Positions 17,211 through 26,980 of a stretch of DNA of 43,799 nt are shown here, piece after piece. A program made the position numbers and the translations under genes. The notes beneath the pieces were generated by a model, which was not told the DNA's origin, made no database searches, and worked only from the letters and a program-made list of their open reading frames with translations. Numbering within the stretch: the stretch's first letter is position 1; each line of letters starts with the position of its first letter. Location: the IMG/VR virus record IMGVR_UViG_3300048853_000016, positions 1 to 43,799 of that record. One strand, given 5' to 3'. The stretch comes from a virus (lineage: Duplodnaviria > Caudoviricetes).

Positions 17211-17744
17211 TTAATATCCTCTGTTCTTGCGGACCTTGTAGTCGTTGAAGGAGCTGAGTGCCGTCGAGCCGATTGCTAGGCCGGTGCTGACGAATGACGG
17301 GGCTGCTGACCGCTGGACGCCGTTGATTCGGTCCTGATTGCGCGTGCGGATTGCCCGCATCTCGCGATTGAGCTGGTTGAGCGACCATTCGGTCTGCTGA
17401 TCGACCCGGTCGATGGCGTTCGACTGCTGGGCCATGATGTCGCGCATCAAAGCATCGACGGAGACGCCCGATACACCAGCCTCACCGGCTGCAACCTCGG
17501 CTTTCGCCCTGGCTGCTCGGTGCTCCTTCATGATGTCGATCTTCTCGGCAGCGGCGGCTTCCTGCTCCTGCAGCATGCGCTGCTGAGTATCGAACTGCTC
17601 CTGCCGAGCTGCGGCGTTCGCGTTGGCTGCGTTCTGCCGGTAGTAGACGTTCTGCTGCTCAGCCGCTGCAGCCTCTGCTTGGTACCCGACGACCTGCGTG
17701 GCCGCACCGATGGCGAGGCCGATCATCGAGATGGGATCACACAT
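17211..17744 (-). CDS. Internal virion protein (gp14-like)
   Basis: MCDPIS start and GEAGVSGVSVD motif. Confidence 0.85.
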   Translation of the reverse strand: MCDPISMIGLAIGAATQVVGYQAEAAAAEQQNVYYRQNAANANAAARQEQFDTQQRMLQEQEAAAAEKIDIMKEHRAARAKAEVAAGEAGVSGVSVDALMRDIMAQQSNAIDRVDQQTEWSLNQLNREMRAIRTRNQDRINGVQRSAAPSFVSTGLAIGSTALSSFNDYKVRKNRGY

Positions 17745-18201
17745 GCTGTATCCTCGCAAATTCAATGAAGGGGAGACCTCCCGGCCCCTGCCCGCGCACT
17801 TCACGGAGGAAGGTGAACCCGAGCCAGCGCAGCCACTGAATGTGCAGCTCGTTGCGCTTATCGACGGAGTTGGTCAGGACGGGAAAATCAGATTGAAGCT
17901 TGTCCACCCACCGCTTGCAGTGGCGGAGGAACTTGATGGGTTCTTGGCTGATGGCTTCGCTGCCGAGGAGCCAGACGTACCCGATCTCCGGGGTTTCGCC
18001 GGGGACCACGCCAAACATGACCTGGGCGTTATCCCCGGCATCCACGAAAGAGAAGCACTCGCGGGAATAATCGAGACCATCCTGCAGGGCTTGCCGGGGG
18101 CCGGGAGAACCAGCCGCCAGCAGCTCACGCAGGTCGTCTTCTCGCAGGTGCGCGGAGAGATACGTCACGTCCCTCGGGAGAGAGGGGCGAACGAGTTTCA
18201 T
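17737..18201 (-). CDS. gp13-like protein (GNAT-like fold)
   Basis: LREDDLREL, VWLLGS, N..HIQWLRWLGF motifs; after the nozzle gene. Confidence 0.8.
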   Translation of the reverse strand: MKLVRPSLPRDVTYLSAHLREDDLRELLAAGSPGPRQALQDGLDYSRECFSFVDAGDNAQVMFGVVPGETPEIGYVWLLGSEAISQEPIKFLRHCKRWVDKLQSDFPVLTNSVDKRNELHIQWLRWLGFTFLREVRGQGPGGLPFIEFARIQHV

Positions 18202-20576
18202 TAGATCCTCTTGGAACGGATGACATAAAGGGCTTCCCATTCGGCACTGAGGAATGCCGAAGGCAGGTAGCTGTCGTTGATCAGATCGATGGTGACCTGA
18301 TCGTTCTTCGCCATGATGGGGAACGGGAACCGTCCAGCCTCGGTGGCCACCTGACCGATCACATTCTTGGACGAGCCGATGACGCGACCGGAGAACTTGT
18401 AGACGTAGGGGTCACGGCGGAACGGAGTCACCTCGACGTGGAAGTAGCCGCTCTCGTTGTAGGTGAGCGCCGCCTTGCGGAGCTGGATGCGCCCCTCGCC
18501 GACCGTGATCTCGCCACCGCCGACCGCCTCCTCCTTCAGGACGAAGGTCGAGAAGCGGTACCGCATGGTGTAGATCGTGCCGATGTAGAACCTTGTGAGG
18601 TTGCCCTTCACGACGAAGCTCTGACCGCTCCGCGTGTACGGAACCACCTCCCCGATCTTGCGCTTGGCGTCACCGGCTCGCACCACGATCTGGTAGGTCT
18701 CGCTGGCGTCGTAGGTCGTGTATGGGAGCGTGATCGTCGTCTGTTCGGTCGTGGCGTTGTAGCTCACCATGCAGTTCGCCTCTGTGACCTTGCGGTCGAG
18801 GTGAAGGCCGAAACTGAAATCCGCGTCCTTCACGCCGGGGTTCATCGGCATGCTCTCGATGAAGACGCCGTCGCCACGACGCATGATGACGTAAAGGGTG
18901 CTCTCGACGAACTCGACGGAGAGGATCGTCACGTTGCTCGGGAAGGTCCACTTCGACCATGACGACTGGAGCTTCTCATTTTGGTTCCAGTAGTACTTAT
19001 AGATGTAGACCGTCGATTTCTCCTGCGAGGAGATCAGGGCCAGCACGTCCTCTGCCGAGGAAGCCGTCATCTTGGTCACGTTCTTGGGAACGTAGGACGG
19101 CACGTGCGAGGTCACGTCCACCGCGTCATTCGTCTCGGTGTCGCCATCGACATAATACTCGCGGAGGCCGGAGTGGTCGCCACGGTTGAACACGAAGTAG
19201 ATGTTCTTACCGGCGCCGACAGGGCGGGCCAGGAGCGAGCAATCGAACTCAGTGGTCTGGTTAATTGAAACCGTCTCGGGCGTCAGCAGCTCGGCAGCGC
19301 CAAGCATGAACTGGGTCTGCTCGGAGAATAGCAACAGGCTCTCGTTGAACGGGATGGCGTGTTGCAGGATTGATACCTTGATGTGCGAGACCGCGATATC
19401 GATCGGGTCGGTATCGAGCACCTGCGTGGCAGAGCTGCGGAAGAAGTTGAAGAAGTCCCCTGCCCGCGAGAAACAGACGTTCTCATCGGCGATGAAGCCC
19501 AGCCGGTTACGATGGAAGAAGATGTCGTTGATCTTCTTCCCGACGAAGGACGGCATCGGGTTGCTGTCGCTGTCGCCAGTCAGCCGGTCGGCCCACGTCA
19601 CGTACTTAAAGGTGAACGTCCCGTTGGCCTCACGAACCAATGCGCAGGGCATCGTCGCCGCATCCAGGCGAATCTTCTCGCCACCCTTCTGACTCTCCAC
19701 CCAGACACCTGACTGGGCACTGCCGTTCGTCTTGAAGGTCACGTAGTAATTGTCGAACGAGGAGGACTGGTCGCCCGCGATCTCGACAGAGAAACCATCG
19801 AAGGCCTTGGCCGGGAGATCAGAGAACCGCTGGACGGAACCCTTTACCAGCCTCATGGCCTGATCGCCCTGGCTGTCCGAGACAGTGATTGTGAAGTCGG
19901 AGTTGTCCTTCTTCCTGATGCGGATTGTCGAGCCTTCGCGGTTAAACGTGTAGATCGCTTGGTTAGCGGTCGTGTTCATGGCCGTGATCAGGTCAGCGGC
20001 AATCTTGTCCGTCTGGATGTCATTAATGTGCGCTGCGGTCGAGCCGTCAGGTGTCGTCACGGTAAAGGCCGTGCCCGCCAGATTGACCGTGTATTTGGTC
20101 CCGTAGGCGCCTTGCTTGATCCAAACGAGGGCGTCTGGGTTTTGCGCTGGACTAAGCGTCGAAGCCTCGGCGATGGTCTTCGTCCGGTTCACGATGAACG
20201 TGTAGTCGGCGATGGTGACTGCCTTAAACGCGGTCGCGGGGTCGCTAGCCGAGAGGTAGGTCTTACCGTTCGGGAAGGCCACTGTCCTCTCCGTCCCGGT
20301 CACGAGATCGTAAACCTTGAGGTCGCCGTTCCCGACAAGGACGAGGTAGCGCTCGGTGCTGTCGCGGTTGATCACATGCGTGAAAAGGCTGCCAGCCGGG
20401 GCGGTGGTGAGCTTCGCTCGGTGGGTCGTTCCTGACCGCTTTCGAAGCCCCTCGACAACGGAGCTATATGCGTTCTCTTGAATCTCAGCCTGGGAGGCGA
20501 GACGGAGCGCGTATGGTTGCTGCGAAACGCCGTTGATCAAGTTCGGGATGGTGGTGGAAATCAGCGCCCCTGCCAT
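18201..20576 (-). CDS. Tail tubular protein B / nozzle (gp12-like)
   Basis: IPNLINGVSQQP, GLRKR, FFHRNRLGF, QSSWSKW motifs. Confidence 0.94.
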   Translation of the reverse strand: MAGALISTTIPNLINGVSQQPYALRLASQAEIQENAYSSVVEGLRKRSGTTHRAKLTTAPAGSLFTHVINRDSTERYLVLVGNGDLKVYDLVTGTERTVAFPNGKTYLSASDPATAFKAVTIADYTFIVNRTKTIAEASTLSPAQNPDALVWIKQGAYGTKYTVNLAGTAFTVTTPDGSTAAHINDIQTDKIAADLITAMNTTANQAIYTFNREGSTIRIRKKDNSDFTITVSDSQGDQAMRLVKGSVQRFSDLPAKAFDGFSVEIAGDQSSSFDNYYVTFKTNGSAQSGVWVESQKGGEKIRLDAATMPCALVREANGTFTFKYVTWADRLTGDSDSNPMPSFVGKKINDIFFHRNRLGFIADENVCFSRAGDFFNFFRSSATQVLDTDPIDIAVSHIKVSILQHAIPFNESLLLFSEQTQFMLGAAELLTPETVSINQTTEFDCSLLARPVGAGKNIYFVFNRGDHSGLREYYVDGDTETNDAVDVTSHVPSYVPKNVTKMTASSAEDVLALISSQEKSTVYIYKYYWNQNEKLQSSWSKWTFPSNVTILSVEFVESTLYVIMRRGDGVFIESMPMNPGVKDADFSFGLHLDRKVTEANCMVSYNATTEQTTITLPYTTYDASETYQIVVRAGDAKRKIGEVVPYTRSGQSFVVKGNLTRFYIGTIYTMRYRFSTFVLKEEAVGGGEITVGEGRIQLRKAALTYNESGYFHVEVTPFRRDPYVYKFSGRVIGSSKNVIGQVATEAGRFPFPIMAKNDQVTIDLINDSYLPSAFLSAEWEALYVIRSKRI

Positions 20577-21175
20577 CAGCCCCTCCCCGGCCTACGGTCG
20601 AGGACGGCAGCAACGGACGGGCTTTCGGTCAGGACGTTGAGATCGAGCGTCTCCGCCTCGGCGTTCTGGAGGTTGGCCCAGGCTTTCAGCTCGTCCCTGG
20701 AGTTGAACTGCCAGAGGGTCTCCGAGCCTACCATGCGCTCCTGAAAGGTGCGGGCAGCGCGGATGGCAATGTAGGAACGGGCCGCTTCCGGCAGCTCTTC
20801 AAACGGCAGGAAGAGGACGATTTCGACCTTCACGTCCCGCTTGACTTGGAACGTGTGGTTCTTCCGGTCGTAGAGGCGGTTGCCGCGCTGGACGAGATCG
20901 AGGTCCGCATCGCGGCCCGTGGTGTCCACCTTGAGGGTGTTCGGAGGAAGCAGCAGCTCCCCTTCTGGAAACGTCGGCGTGAGCGGGAAGTCGATTTCGG
21001 TGTTCCAGTGCCAGCCCACCACCTGCGTGTCGCGGCTGCACTGTGCAAGGATTTGGCGAGCCACTACCGCGTCAATCACTCCGGTGTCTTCCACCGTGTT
21101 GACGGGACTTTCACCGATCACCGAGAGCATCTGATTGATGGCTTCCAGCTCAGTGGTAGGTGTGAGGAAATTCAT
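20576..21175 (-). CDS. Tail tubular protein A / adaptor (gp11-like)
   Basis: TELEAINQMLSVIGESPV, GWHWNTE, FEELP motifs. Confidence 0.93.
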   Translation of the reverse strand: MNFLTPTTELEAINQMLSVIGESPVNTVEDTGVIDAVVARQILAQCSRDTQVVGWHWNTEIDFPLTPTFPEGELLLPPNTLKVDTTGRDADLDLVQRGNRLYDRKNHTFQVKRDVKVEIVLFLPFEELPEAARSYIAIRAARTFQERMVGSETLWQFNSRDELKAWANLQNAEAETLDLNVLTESPSVAAVLDRRPGRG

Positions 21176-21194
21176 CGATCACCTCGGAAAGCTG

Positions 21195-21230
21195 AAAAAA
21201 AAGGGGAGACCCCATTATGGAGCCTCCCCT
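21195..21230 (-). terminator. Tphi-like terminator after capsid gene
   Basis: AGGGGAGGCTCC-ATAAT-GGGGTCTCCCCT followed by a T-tract. Confidence 0.88.
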
Positions 21231-21247
21231 GTTGGATGGTGGATTAT

Positions 21248-21263
21248 TACCCACAAGTGGATG
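21248..21263. promoter_or_regulatory. Operator-like 16-mer
   Basis: TACCCACAAGTGGATG between the capsid stop and the terminator. Confidence 0.5.
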
Positions 21264-21265
21264 GA

Positions 21266-22237
21266 TCAGGCCGCAGCGTTACGGACTTCGACAGCAGCCT
21301 GAGGACGCAGAATGCCGTGGCCGACAGCGTACTTGGCAACCATCAGGTGGCCCTGACGGCGGATGTCGTAGGCCGACTCCATGCCCATATCGAGCAGCTT
21401 CACCGTGCCGACAGCCGACTTGTGCATGATAAGGGCCGAGACGTTGGCGAAGTCACCGCGATACTTGTTGCCGGTACCGGCTTCAACGCCGGTTGCAGCC
21501 GACAGGTCGGTCGTGGGAAGGTGGTTCGTCTTGACGATCTGGATGCCCGCGATCTTGACGATGTTGCCTTCCGCGTAGGAACCAGCGCCGCCCCAATCCT
21601 TGTTGAGGTTGTTTACCGCCTTGACAAGGTTGTAGTACTGCGCGGGCTTCACGAAGCAGACACGGTCCTCTTCCGGCACGTCCTTCTCGTCGAGCTTCTG
21701 CGCAGCCACGAAGATCGCAGCAGCGAGGTCGTCACCGCTCGTGTTGAAATTCGGAGAACCAGCGACATCGCTCGTCAGGATGACCGAACCACCCGGCTCG
21801 CCGGCGACCACGTTCGTGGCGCGAGCTGCGAGGACGCCGACCTGGAGCAGGTGCTTGTCCATCGTGCGGGCGAGGAAGCGGCCCATCTCGGTCGAGTAGA
21901 TCGAGCGGAGGTCGTAGTGCTGCTTGGCTTCGTCGATGTTCGCGATGAAGCCGTGCGAGATCAGCATGTCGTCGATTGTGATGACCGTTTCAGCCGAGTT
22001 CAGGGACAGACCCGTGATCTCGGTACCCGGAACATGGTATTCACCGCCGACCTTACCCGTCGCCGGGAACTGGGCGGACTTACCGCTGGAAATCGAGCGG
22101 ACCATCGTATGTTCGAGGGCGACGTTGGTTTCCTCGAAAGCCGTCAGGACTTCACCTGCGAAGGTCTTGAGGAAGAGTGCATCGACATCACCAGAACCGT
22201 TGATCTGGCCGATACGAGTTACGTTGGCGTTAGCCAT
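21266..22237 (-). CDS. Major capsid protein (gp10-like)
   Basis: ALFLKTFAGEVLTAF, GKSAQFP, YAVGHGILRP motifs. Confidence 0.96.
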   Translation of the reverse strand: MANANVTRIGQINGSGDVDALFLKTFAGEVLTAFEETNVALEHTMVRSISSGKSAQFPATGKVGGEYHVPGTEITGLSLNSAETVITIDDMLISHGFIANIDEAKQHYDLRSIYSTEMGRFLARTMDKHLLQVGVLAARATNVVAGEPGGSVILTSDVAGSPNFNTSGDDLAAAIFVAAQKLDEKDVPEEDRVCFVKPAQYYNLVKAVNNLNKDWGGAGSYAEGNIVKIAGIQIVKTNHLPTTDLSAATGVEAGTGNKYRGDFANVSALIMHKSAVGTVKLLDMGMESAYDIRRQGHLMVAKYAVGHGILRPQAAVEVRNAAA

Positions 22238-22588
22238 GTGGTGTATTCCTGTGAAGAGTTGAAAGTTGATCAGGCTTCCGAGACGTCTTCACTCGCGCAC
22301 ACAAAGTTATCCCGACGCATCGGGGCTAAGGTTTTGAGTGGTTGTTCTTGGAGATACCTTTTAGCAGCCGCGCATGACTTACGCAGCACTGCACGAACTT
22401 TCACAGGACTTAGGGCGTTTCGAAGGCTATTTGTAAAACAGGCTTTCTCGACCGCGACGGTCTAAACAATTTATTTGATTCACCTATTCTCTTCTCACTA
22501 CTCTTCATTGTATTTTATGAAGAATCATCAACAGCTGAGACTAACCGGTTGCGCGGTAGCAGCTGACGCTAATGCACGAGGAGCATCA

Positions 22589-23599
22589 ATGACGCAGGCC
22601 AGAATCGTTCGTTTTCCGCAGCGCCTCACGCCTGCTTCCGTCTCGAAGTTCGGCTGCGATCTTCATGCCATCGAGGAGTCGGGGGCGTTCGACTTTGACT
22701 GTGGGCCTACTCGCTGGTTTCCGCCCTTCTCGATGGTCCTTCTTGCCATGCACCTCAGACGCTTCAGAGAGCGACACTCGGGAGCCGAATGCTTTGTTTC
22801 CAATTTCGATAATCATGGCTATGCCGCTCACATGGGCTTCTTCAAAGCATTCGGGCTTGACCACGGCAATGCTCCAGGCGAGGCATCGGGCAGTTCGACG
22901 TACGTACCTATCCAAGCAGTGAACAGAAGTGAGCTTACAGAGAAGGCGTCAGAGCAGTTCGTCGAACTTGGCGTCGTCATCGAAGAGAAGGCGGCAGCTT
23001 TGTCGTCAATCCTGACACAGACGCGCTCAGGTGTTCTTCACGATACCTTGACCTACTCAATCCGTGAAATTCTGCGCAACGTCTTCGAACACAGCCAAGC
23101 GGAAGAGGTCTTCATATGTGCCCAGCACTGGCCGAGCCGACATGAAGTTGAGGTTGGGATCGTTGATGCCGGCAGAGGTATCCGCGCAGGGCTTTCTGAG
23201 AATCCTAGTTTCCGCTTCGAGACCGACCGGGAGAGCCTACATGCCGCGCTTATGCCGGGTGTGTCCGGGAACGTGTGGGCTGGGAAGGGCCACAACCCTT
23301 GGAGCAACACCGGTTACGGCTTGTATATGACGAATAGAATATGCCGAGCCGGAGGTTCTTTCTTTATTTGTAGCGGGAATGCTGGCCTATGGCTGGAAGG
23401 TCAACGTAAGCTTGATGTACCAGCCGATATGCAAGGAACCGCAGTACGCCTTTTTCTCGACACCTCGCAGCTCTCAGATTTGAGGGACAGATTAGCGGGC
23501 TTTCATCGCGATGGTGTCCGTGTCGCTCGGGAGATTAAAGGCGCGAATACATCCTATGCCTCTGCTGCATCACAAATGCTTGCTCGTGATTTTCAGTAA
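22589..23599 (+). CDS. STAS-like + HATPase_c (GHKL) protein, counter-oriented moron
   Basis: N-box EILRNVFEHS, G1 DAGRGI, G2 NTGYGL, GT box; GAGGAG RBS. Confidence 0.8.
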   Translation: MTQARIVRFPQRLTPASVSKFGCDLHAIEESGAFDFDCGPTRWFPPFSMVLLAMHLRRFRERHSGAECFVSNFDNHGYAAHMGFFKAFGLDHGNAPGEASGSSTYVPIQAVNRSELTEKASEQFVELGVVIEEKAAALSSILTQTRSGVLHDTLTYSIREILRNVFEHSQAEEVFICAQHWPSRHEVEVGIVDAGRGIRAGLSENPSFRFETDRESLHAALMPGVSGNVWAGKGHNPWSNTGYGLYMTNRICRAGGSFFICSGNAGLWLEGQRKLDVPADMQGTAVRLFLDTSQLSDLRDRLAGFHRDGVRVAREIKGANTSYASAASQMLARDFQ

Positions 23600-23621
23600 T
23601 TGATCGCGAATTTTATGCGCC

Positions 23622-23642
23622 CGCTCCTGACGGGCAGGAGCG
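23622..23642. terminator. Hairpin between convergent genes
   Basis: CGCTCCTG-ACGGG-CAGGAGCG; no strong T-tract. Confidence 0.45.
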
Positions 23643-23651
23643 AGCAGTTAA

Positions 23652-23870
23652 TCAATAAAGTCCTGGAGAAGTCGGAGCTTCCGGGAAATCCTTCCGCTTG
23701 ACGGACAGGAGCGAGGCGACCCTTTCAAGGATGGTCAGCACCTTCGCTGCGATAGCGTCATCCTTCGGCGTCGGAGTGAGGCGCACGATAGCGACAGCAG
23801 CCGCGTGGATCGCGAAGAAGACTGCGAAGATGTCGTCTATGTGCGCCCAGATGAGGGCGAGATATGCCAT
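23652..23870 (-). CDS. Small membrane protein, holin-like
   Basis: Hydrophobic N-terminal half followed by TPTPKDD. Confidence 0.6.
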   Translation of the reverse strand: MAYLALIWAHIDDIFAVFFAIHAAAVAIVRLTPTPKDDAIAAKVLTILERVASLLSVKRKDFPEAPTSPGLY

Positions 23871-23881
23871 GAAGTCTCCTG

Positions 23882-24661
23882 TTAGTAGATGTTGGAGCGG
23901 GCGAGCTTCGCCTGAACGTCAGCTCGGTAGGCGGGGTCTTTCTTGTAACGGGGGTCTTTCATCGCCGCCGTCAGCTCAGCGGTCGAGCGGAAGACATCAC
24001 CGCTATCACCGTTTGTGGCCCCGTTGAGGAGTTCCGGTTCGCTGCCGACAGCCGCGTCATACTTGGCCTTGAGGGCAGCGACTGCGAGCTTCGCCTTGGC
24101 GAGGTTGCCGCTATCGACGGTCTCGTTGAAGGCGTCGATCTCAGCGGGCGTGAGGTTCTGCGCGGCCCAGGCCGTGACCTCGGCGTAGGTCTCAGCGCCG
24201 CCCACCGTGCTCGTCACCTCATTGGCGAACTGAACGGCAATGGCTTTCTGCCCTTCGATGAAGGCATCGACCAGCTCGCGATGGAAACCCTTGGCTTCGA
24301 GACTGGCGTAGCTTTCCTGGGACAGAGCGCCGGTCGAGTTGAACTCTTCGCTGAGCGCGTCGAAGTCGAGACCAGCTCCGACGACAACGTCGCGAGCCTG
24401 TTCGACATCCCCCGTGCTCTGAGGAGCCGGGACCGGTTCCTGCTTGGTGCCTGAGGAGAGCTTCTTCTCCAGCTCGGTATAGGCAGCGGCCAAATCCTCC
24501 GGGGACTTGAATTTTTCGGGGAGCCAGCCAGGGCGCTCGCCGGTCGGCTGGACGGTCTCGTCGGTGTTGTCCTGGCTGTCGAATTTCTGAGCCATCAAGG
24601 CGTCATATTCGGGAGAGCCAGGAATGACGGATTGGGTTTCGGGAGAGACTTTAGGTTCCAT
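23882..24661 (-). CDS. Capsid scaffolding protein (gp9-like)
   Basis: RPGWLPEKF, AMKDPRYKKDPAYR motifs. Confidence 0.92.
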   Translation of the reverse strand: MEPKVSPETQSVIPGSPEYDALMAQKFDSQDNTDETVQPTGERPGWLPEKFKSPEDLAAAYTELEKKLSSGTKQEPVPAPQSTGDVEQARDVVVGAGLDFDALSEEFNSTGALSQESYASLEAKGFHRELVDAFIEGQKAIAVQFANEVTSTVGGAETYAEVTAWAAQNLTPAEIDAFNETVDSGNLAKAKLAVAALKAKYDAAVGSEPELLNGATNGDSGDVFRSTAELTAAMKDPRYKKDPAYRADVQAKLARSNIY

Positions 24662-24672
24662 GCTACCTCTTC

Positions 24673-24810
24673 TTAGAAATCGAGGCTGATTATGCCCCCG
24701 GCGTGTTCGGTCCTCTTCGGGCCTTTCGCCTCGGGCGTGGGGTTGGGAGCAGCCGCCGCTTCAGCGACTGCGGGTTCATTCGGCTGCTGGGGCCGGGGCT
24801 TGCGGGCCAC
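24673..24810 (-). CDS. Small protein between portal and scaffold (45 aa), not in ORF track
   Basis: GTG start with GGAGG RBS; stop abuts the scaffold RBS. Confidence 0.5.
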   Translation of the reverse strand: MARKPRPQQPNEPAVAEAAAAPNPTPEAKGPKRTEHAGGIISLDF

Positions 24811-26329
24811 TGGTTACCTCCGGTTTCATTTGGTCACGCAGGATGTCCATGCCCTTCGGGCCGAGCTTCTCCATCAACTGCATGAGCATTGCTTGCTGAT
24901 TGTCGGCAGCGAGTTCTTCGGCGGACTTCATCAGTCCAGCCATGTCGATGCCGAGGGATGTCCCGATGCGGGTCAGGAAGTCGGTCTTGTTGACCTCGGA
25001 CGGGAGCGCAGCAGCCTTCGAAGCAATGTCCGCGAACAGGTTGAGCTTGTTCATGTCATGGCCGCGACCGAGAGCTTCCAGGCCAGTCGTGATCGTCGGA
25101 CGGACGATGCCCTTCGGGAGCGACGGAATCTTGCGCTGACGCTCCATGCGGAACATCAGGACCGCAACGAGCGGTAGCTGGAACTCCTGGGAGAGAACCG
25201 AGTAGACACCGCCGAGAGCATCTTCCAGCTCACCGGCCATGTACCTGATCTCTTCAGCAGTCACGCGCTCGCCACCGCGCTGGATGGCAGTGTTGAGCAG
25301 GAAGGCGAAGGACAAGCGTTGCGTGATCTTCTCGACGGTCTCCGAGGCGGTACGGAAGTCAGCGAACTTGCCAACCTGAAGGACGGTCACGTCCTCGGCA
25401 TTGCCGGAGCGGACGGCACCGTTCGGGGCCTTCGACACATCGGTCATGCGGGTCGTTCCGTTCGGGTTCACCAGGAACAGAACCTTGGCCGCAGCGGCAG
25501 AGCCTTCGACGATGGACTGGGTCAGGCTTTCGAGGGAGAGAAGATCTCCGTAATATTCCTCGACGTGGCCTCGACCGTAATCTTCGCCGTCAATCTTGGT
25601 GAAGCGCAGCGGTATCCACGGGCATTTGTCGAGCGGGTACGAGCCACGGGAGCCAGGCACTTCGATGCCGTAGACTTCCTGGCAAATGACCCACTTGTCG
25701 CGGGTGCGCTTGATCTGGGTGTAGAGGGCGACGGACTTCTCGGTGGTGAGCCCCTTCTTCTTCGCCTTCTCGGCGACAGTCTGCGGGACCACATCCGGGG
25801 AGATGTCCTCCTTCGTGATGATCTCGATCACGTTGCCCATCGGGTCTCGCTTAACCACGTAGCGGTCGAGACGAAAGACCCTCATGCCTCCCGTCGTGGG
25901 AAGGTAGAGCAGGACGTTACCAGCCACCAGCAACTGCTTCAGCGCCTCGAAAGCGGAGACGCGAATGGCCGATGCCTCGATCTCGGTCATGAGGGCACGT
26001 TCGATCTTGTTCAGGCCCTTCTCGACCTCGGCCCGCATACCCTGACGCTTGGTCAGGTTTTCAAGGGTGAAGTCGTCGATGGCGAGACGGAAGAACGGGG
26101 AGTTCGGCGGGAGCAGTGCGAGGAGTAGTTTGGATGCGAGGTTGTTCACCCCGCGAGCGCCAATGCCTTGAAATGGGGTCGGCAGATCGGCGGTCTCTGT
26201 GTGGCCGTCAGGTGGCATGAGCGACGGGATGGTCAGCTTCGCCGCTGCCCGCGCTCGGTTCAGGACCGCAGTCCGCGCCCCTGTCAATTGCTGGTAACGA
26301 CCGGCTATCGATTTGCCGGTCTTGGTCAT
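24776..26329 (-). CDS. Portal / head-tail connector (gp8-like)
   Basis: GARGVNNLASKL, GEDYGRG, ERVTAEEIR motifs. Confidence 0.96.
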   Translation of the reverse strand: MTKTGKSIAGRYQQLTGARTAVLNRARAAAKLTIPSLMPPDGHTETADLPTPFQGIGARGVNNLASKLLLALLPPNSPFFRLAIDDFTLENLTKRQGMRAEVEKGLNKIERALMTEIEASAIRVSAFEALKQLLVAGNVLLYLPTTGGMRVFRLDRYVVKRDPMGNVIEIITKEDISPDVVPQTVAEKAKKKGLTTEKSVALYTQIKRTRDKWVICQEVYGIEVPGSRGSYPLDKCPWIPLRFTKIDGEDYGRGHVEEYYGDLLSLESLTQSIVEGSAAAAKVLFLVNPNGTTRMTDVSKAPNGAVRSGNAEDVTVLQVGKFADFRTASETVEKITQRLSFAFLLNTAIQRGGERVTAEEIRYMAGELEDALGGVYSVLSQEFQLPLVAVLMFRMERQRKIPSLPKGIVRPTITTGLEALGRGHDMNKLNLFADIASKAAALPSEVNKTDFLTRIGTSLGIDMAGLMKSAEELAADNQQAMLMQLMEKLGPKGMDILRDQMKPEVTSGPQAPAPAAE

Positions 26330-26338
26330 GTTTCTGGA

Positions 26339-26566
26339 TTAGCCCTTCGGAATGTTCAGGCCAGTGGCACCGCCACCAGTGTTGGCTTCGAGGTTGATGC
26401 GGAGAGCCGAGCGGCCTTTGCGCTTAGACCGCATCACGGCCTTCTCCGGTGCGACTTCGTCCGGGGTCTGCGGACCAGCCTGATTGACGGTGGCAGCGGG
26501 CTGTGCAGGAGGCGCTGCCTGGGCGACAGGCTCGACCTTCTCCTGCTTGATCTTAGGTTTGCACAT
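26339..26566 (-). CDS. Small virion assembly protein (gp7.3-like position)
   Basis: MCKPK start, KRKGRSALRI...GLNIP; directly before portal. Confidence 0.7.
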   Translation of the reverse strand: MCKPKIKQEKVEPVAQAAPPAQPAATVNQAGPQTPDEVAPEKAVMRSKRKGRSALRINLEANTGGGATGLNIPKG

Positions 26567-26766
26567 CAGAGAACCCTGGTGTTGATGATGGTTTCGTTCT
26601 GACGGTCGAACTGTTCGTTGAGAAATCTCACAACAGCTCTCCTTCCGCCGTAATCGCGGATTTCATCGATAGACATCGACAGAGATGGAGTTTTCTCAGG
26701 GAACCTCTCATTCAAAGCATCGAGGAGGTCTTTCGGGATGTGGGGAAAGTGCTCTTCTTGTTCCAT
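26566..26766 (-). CDS. Hypothetical protein, first late gene
   Basis: LLDALNERFP...GRRAVVRFL; coupled to the next gene; start may be 26778. Confidence 0.7.
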   Translation of the reverse strand: MEQEEHFPHIPKDLLDALNERFPEKTPSLSMSIDEIRDYGGRRAVVRFLNEQFDRQNETIINTRVL

Positions 26767-26775
26767 CGAATTATC

Positions 26776-26792
26776 CATATATCAGGGGTAAT
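26776..26792 (-). promoter_or_regulatory. Phage RNAP late promoter
   Basis: ATTACCCCTGATATATG at the head of the structural module. Confidence 0.85.
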
Positions 26793-26980
26793 TATTTGTG
26801 CGGGGTGCATCGCAAGTTGCGAGGATGGTGAGCTGGCGCTCCTCGCCAGGGCGATTGACGGCAATTCGCCAACAGCGGGCACGGTCTTTTATCGGGAGGA
26901 GCTTTCGGCCTTCCGGTCACAACCCTTACATGCGATAAGTGCGCTTCGACTCTGTAAAGCGGTTGTGCGAGAGGGCTGGC

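Noticed and set aside
13875-17279. 1134-aa plus-strand ORF
   Set aside because: Antisense shadow of the gp14/15/16-like genes caused by GC-rich codon bias; no recognisable motifs
21266-21300. T7 10B-type capsid frameshift extension
   Set aside because: No slippery site seen, and the terminator follows almost immediately
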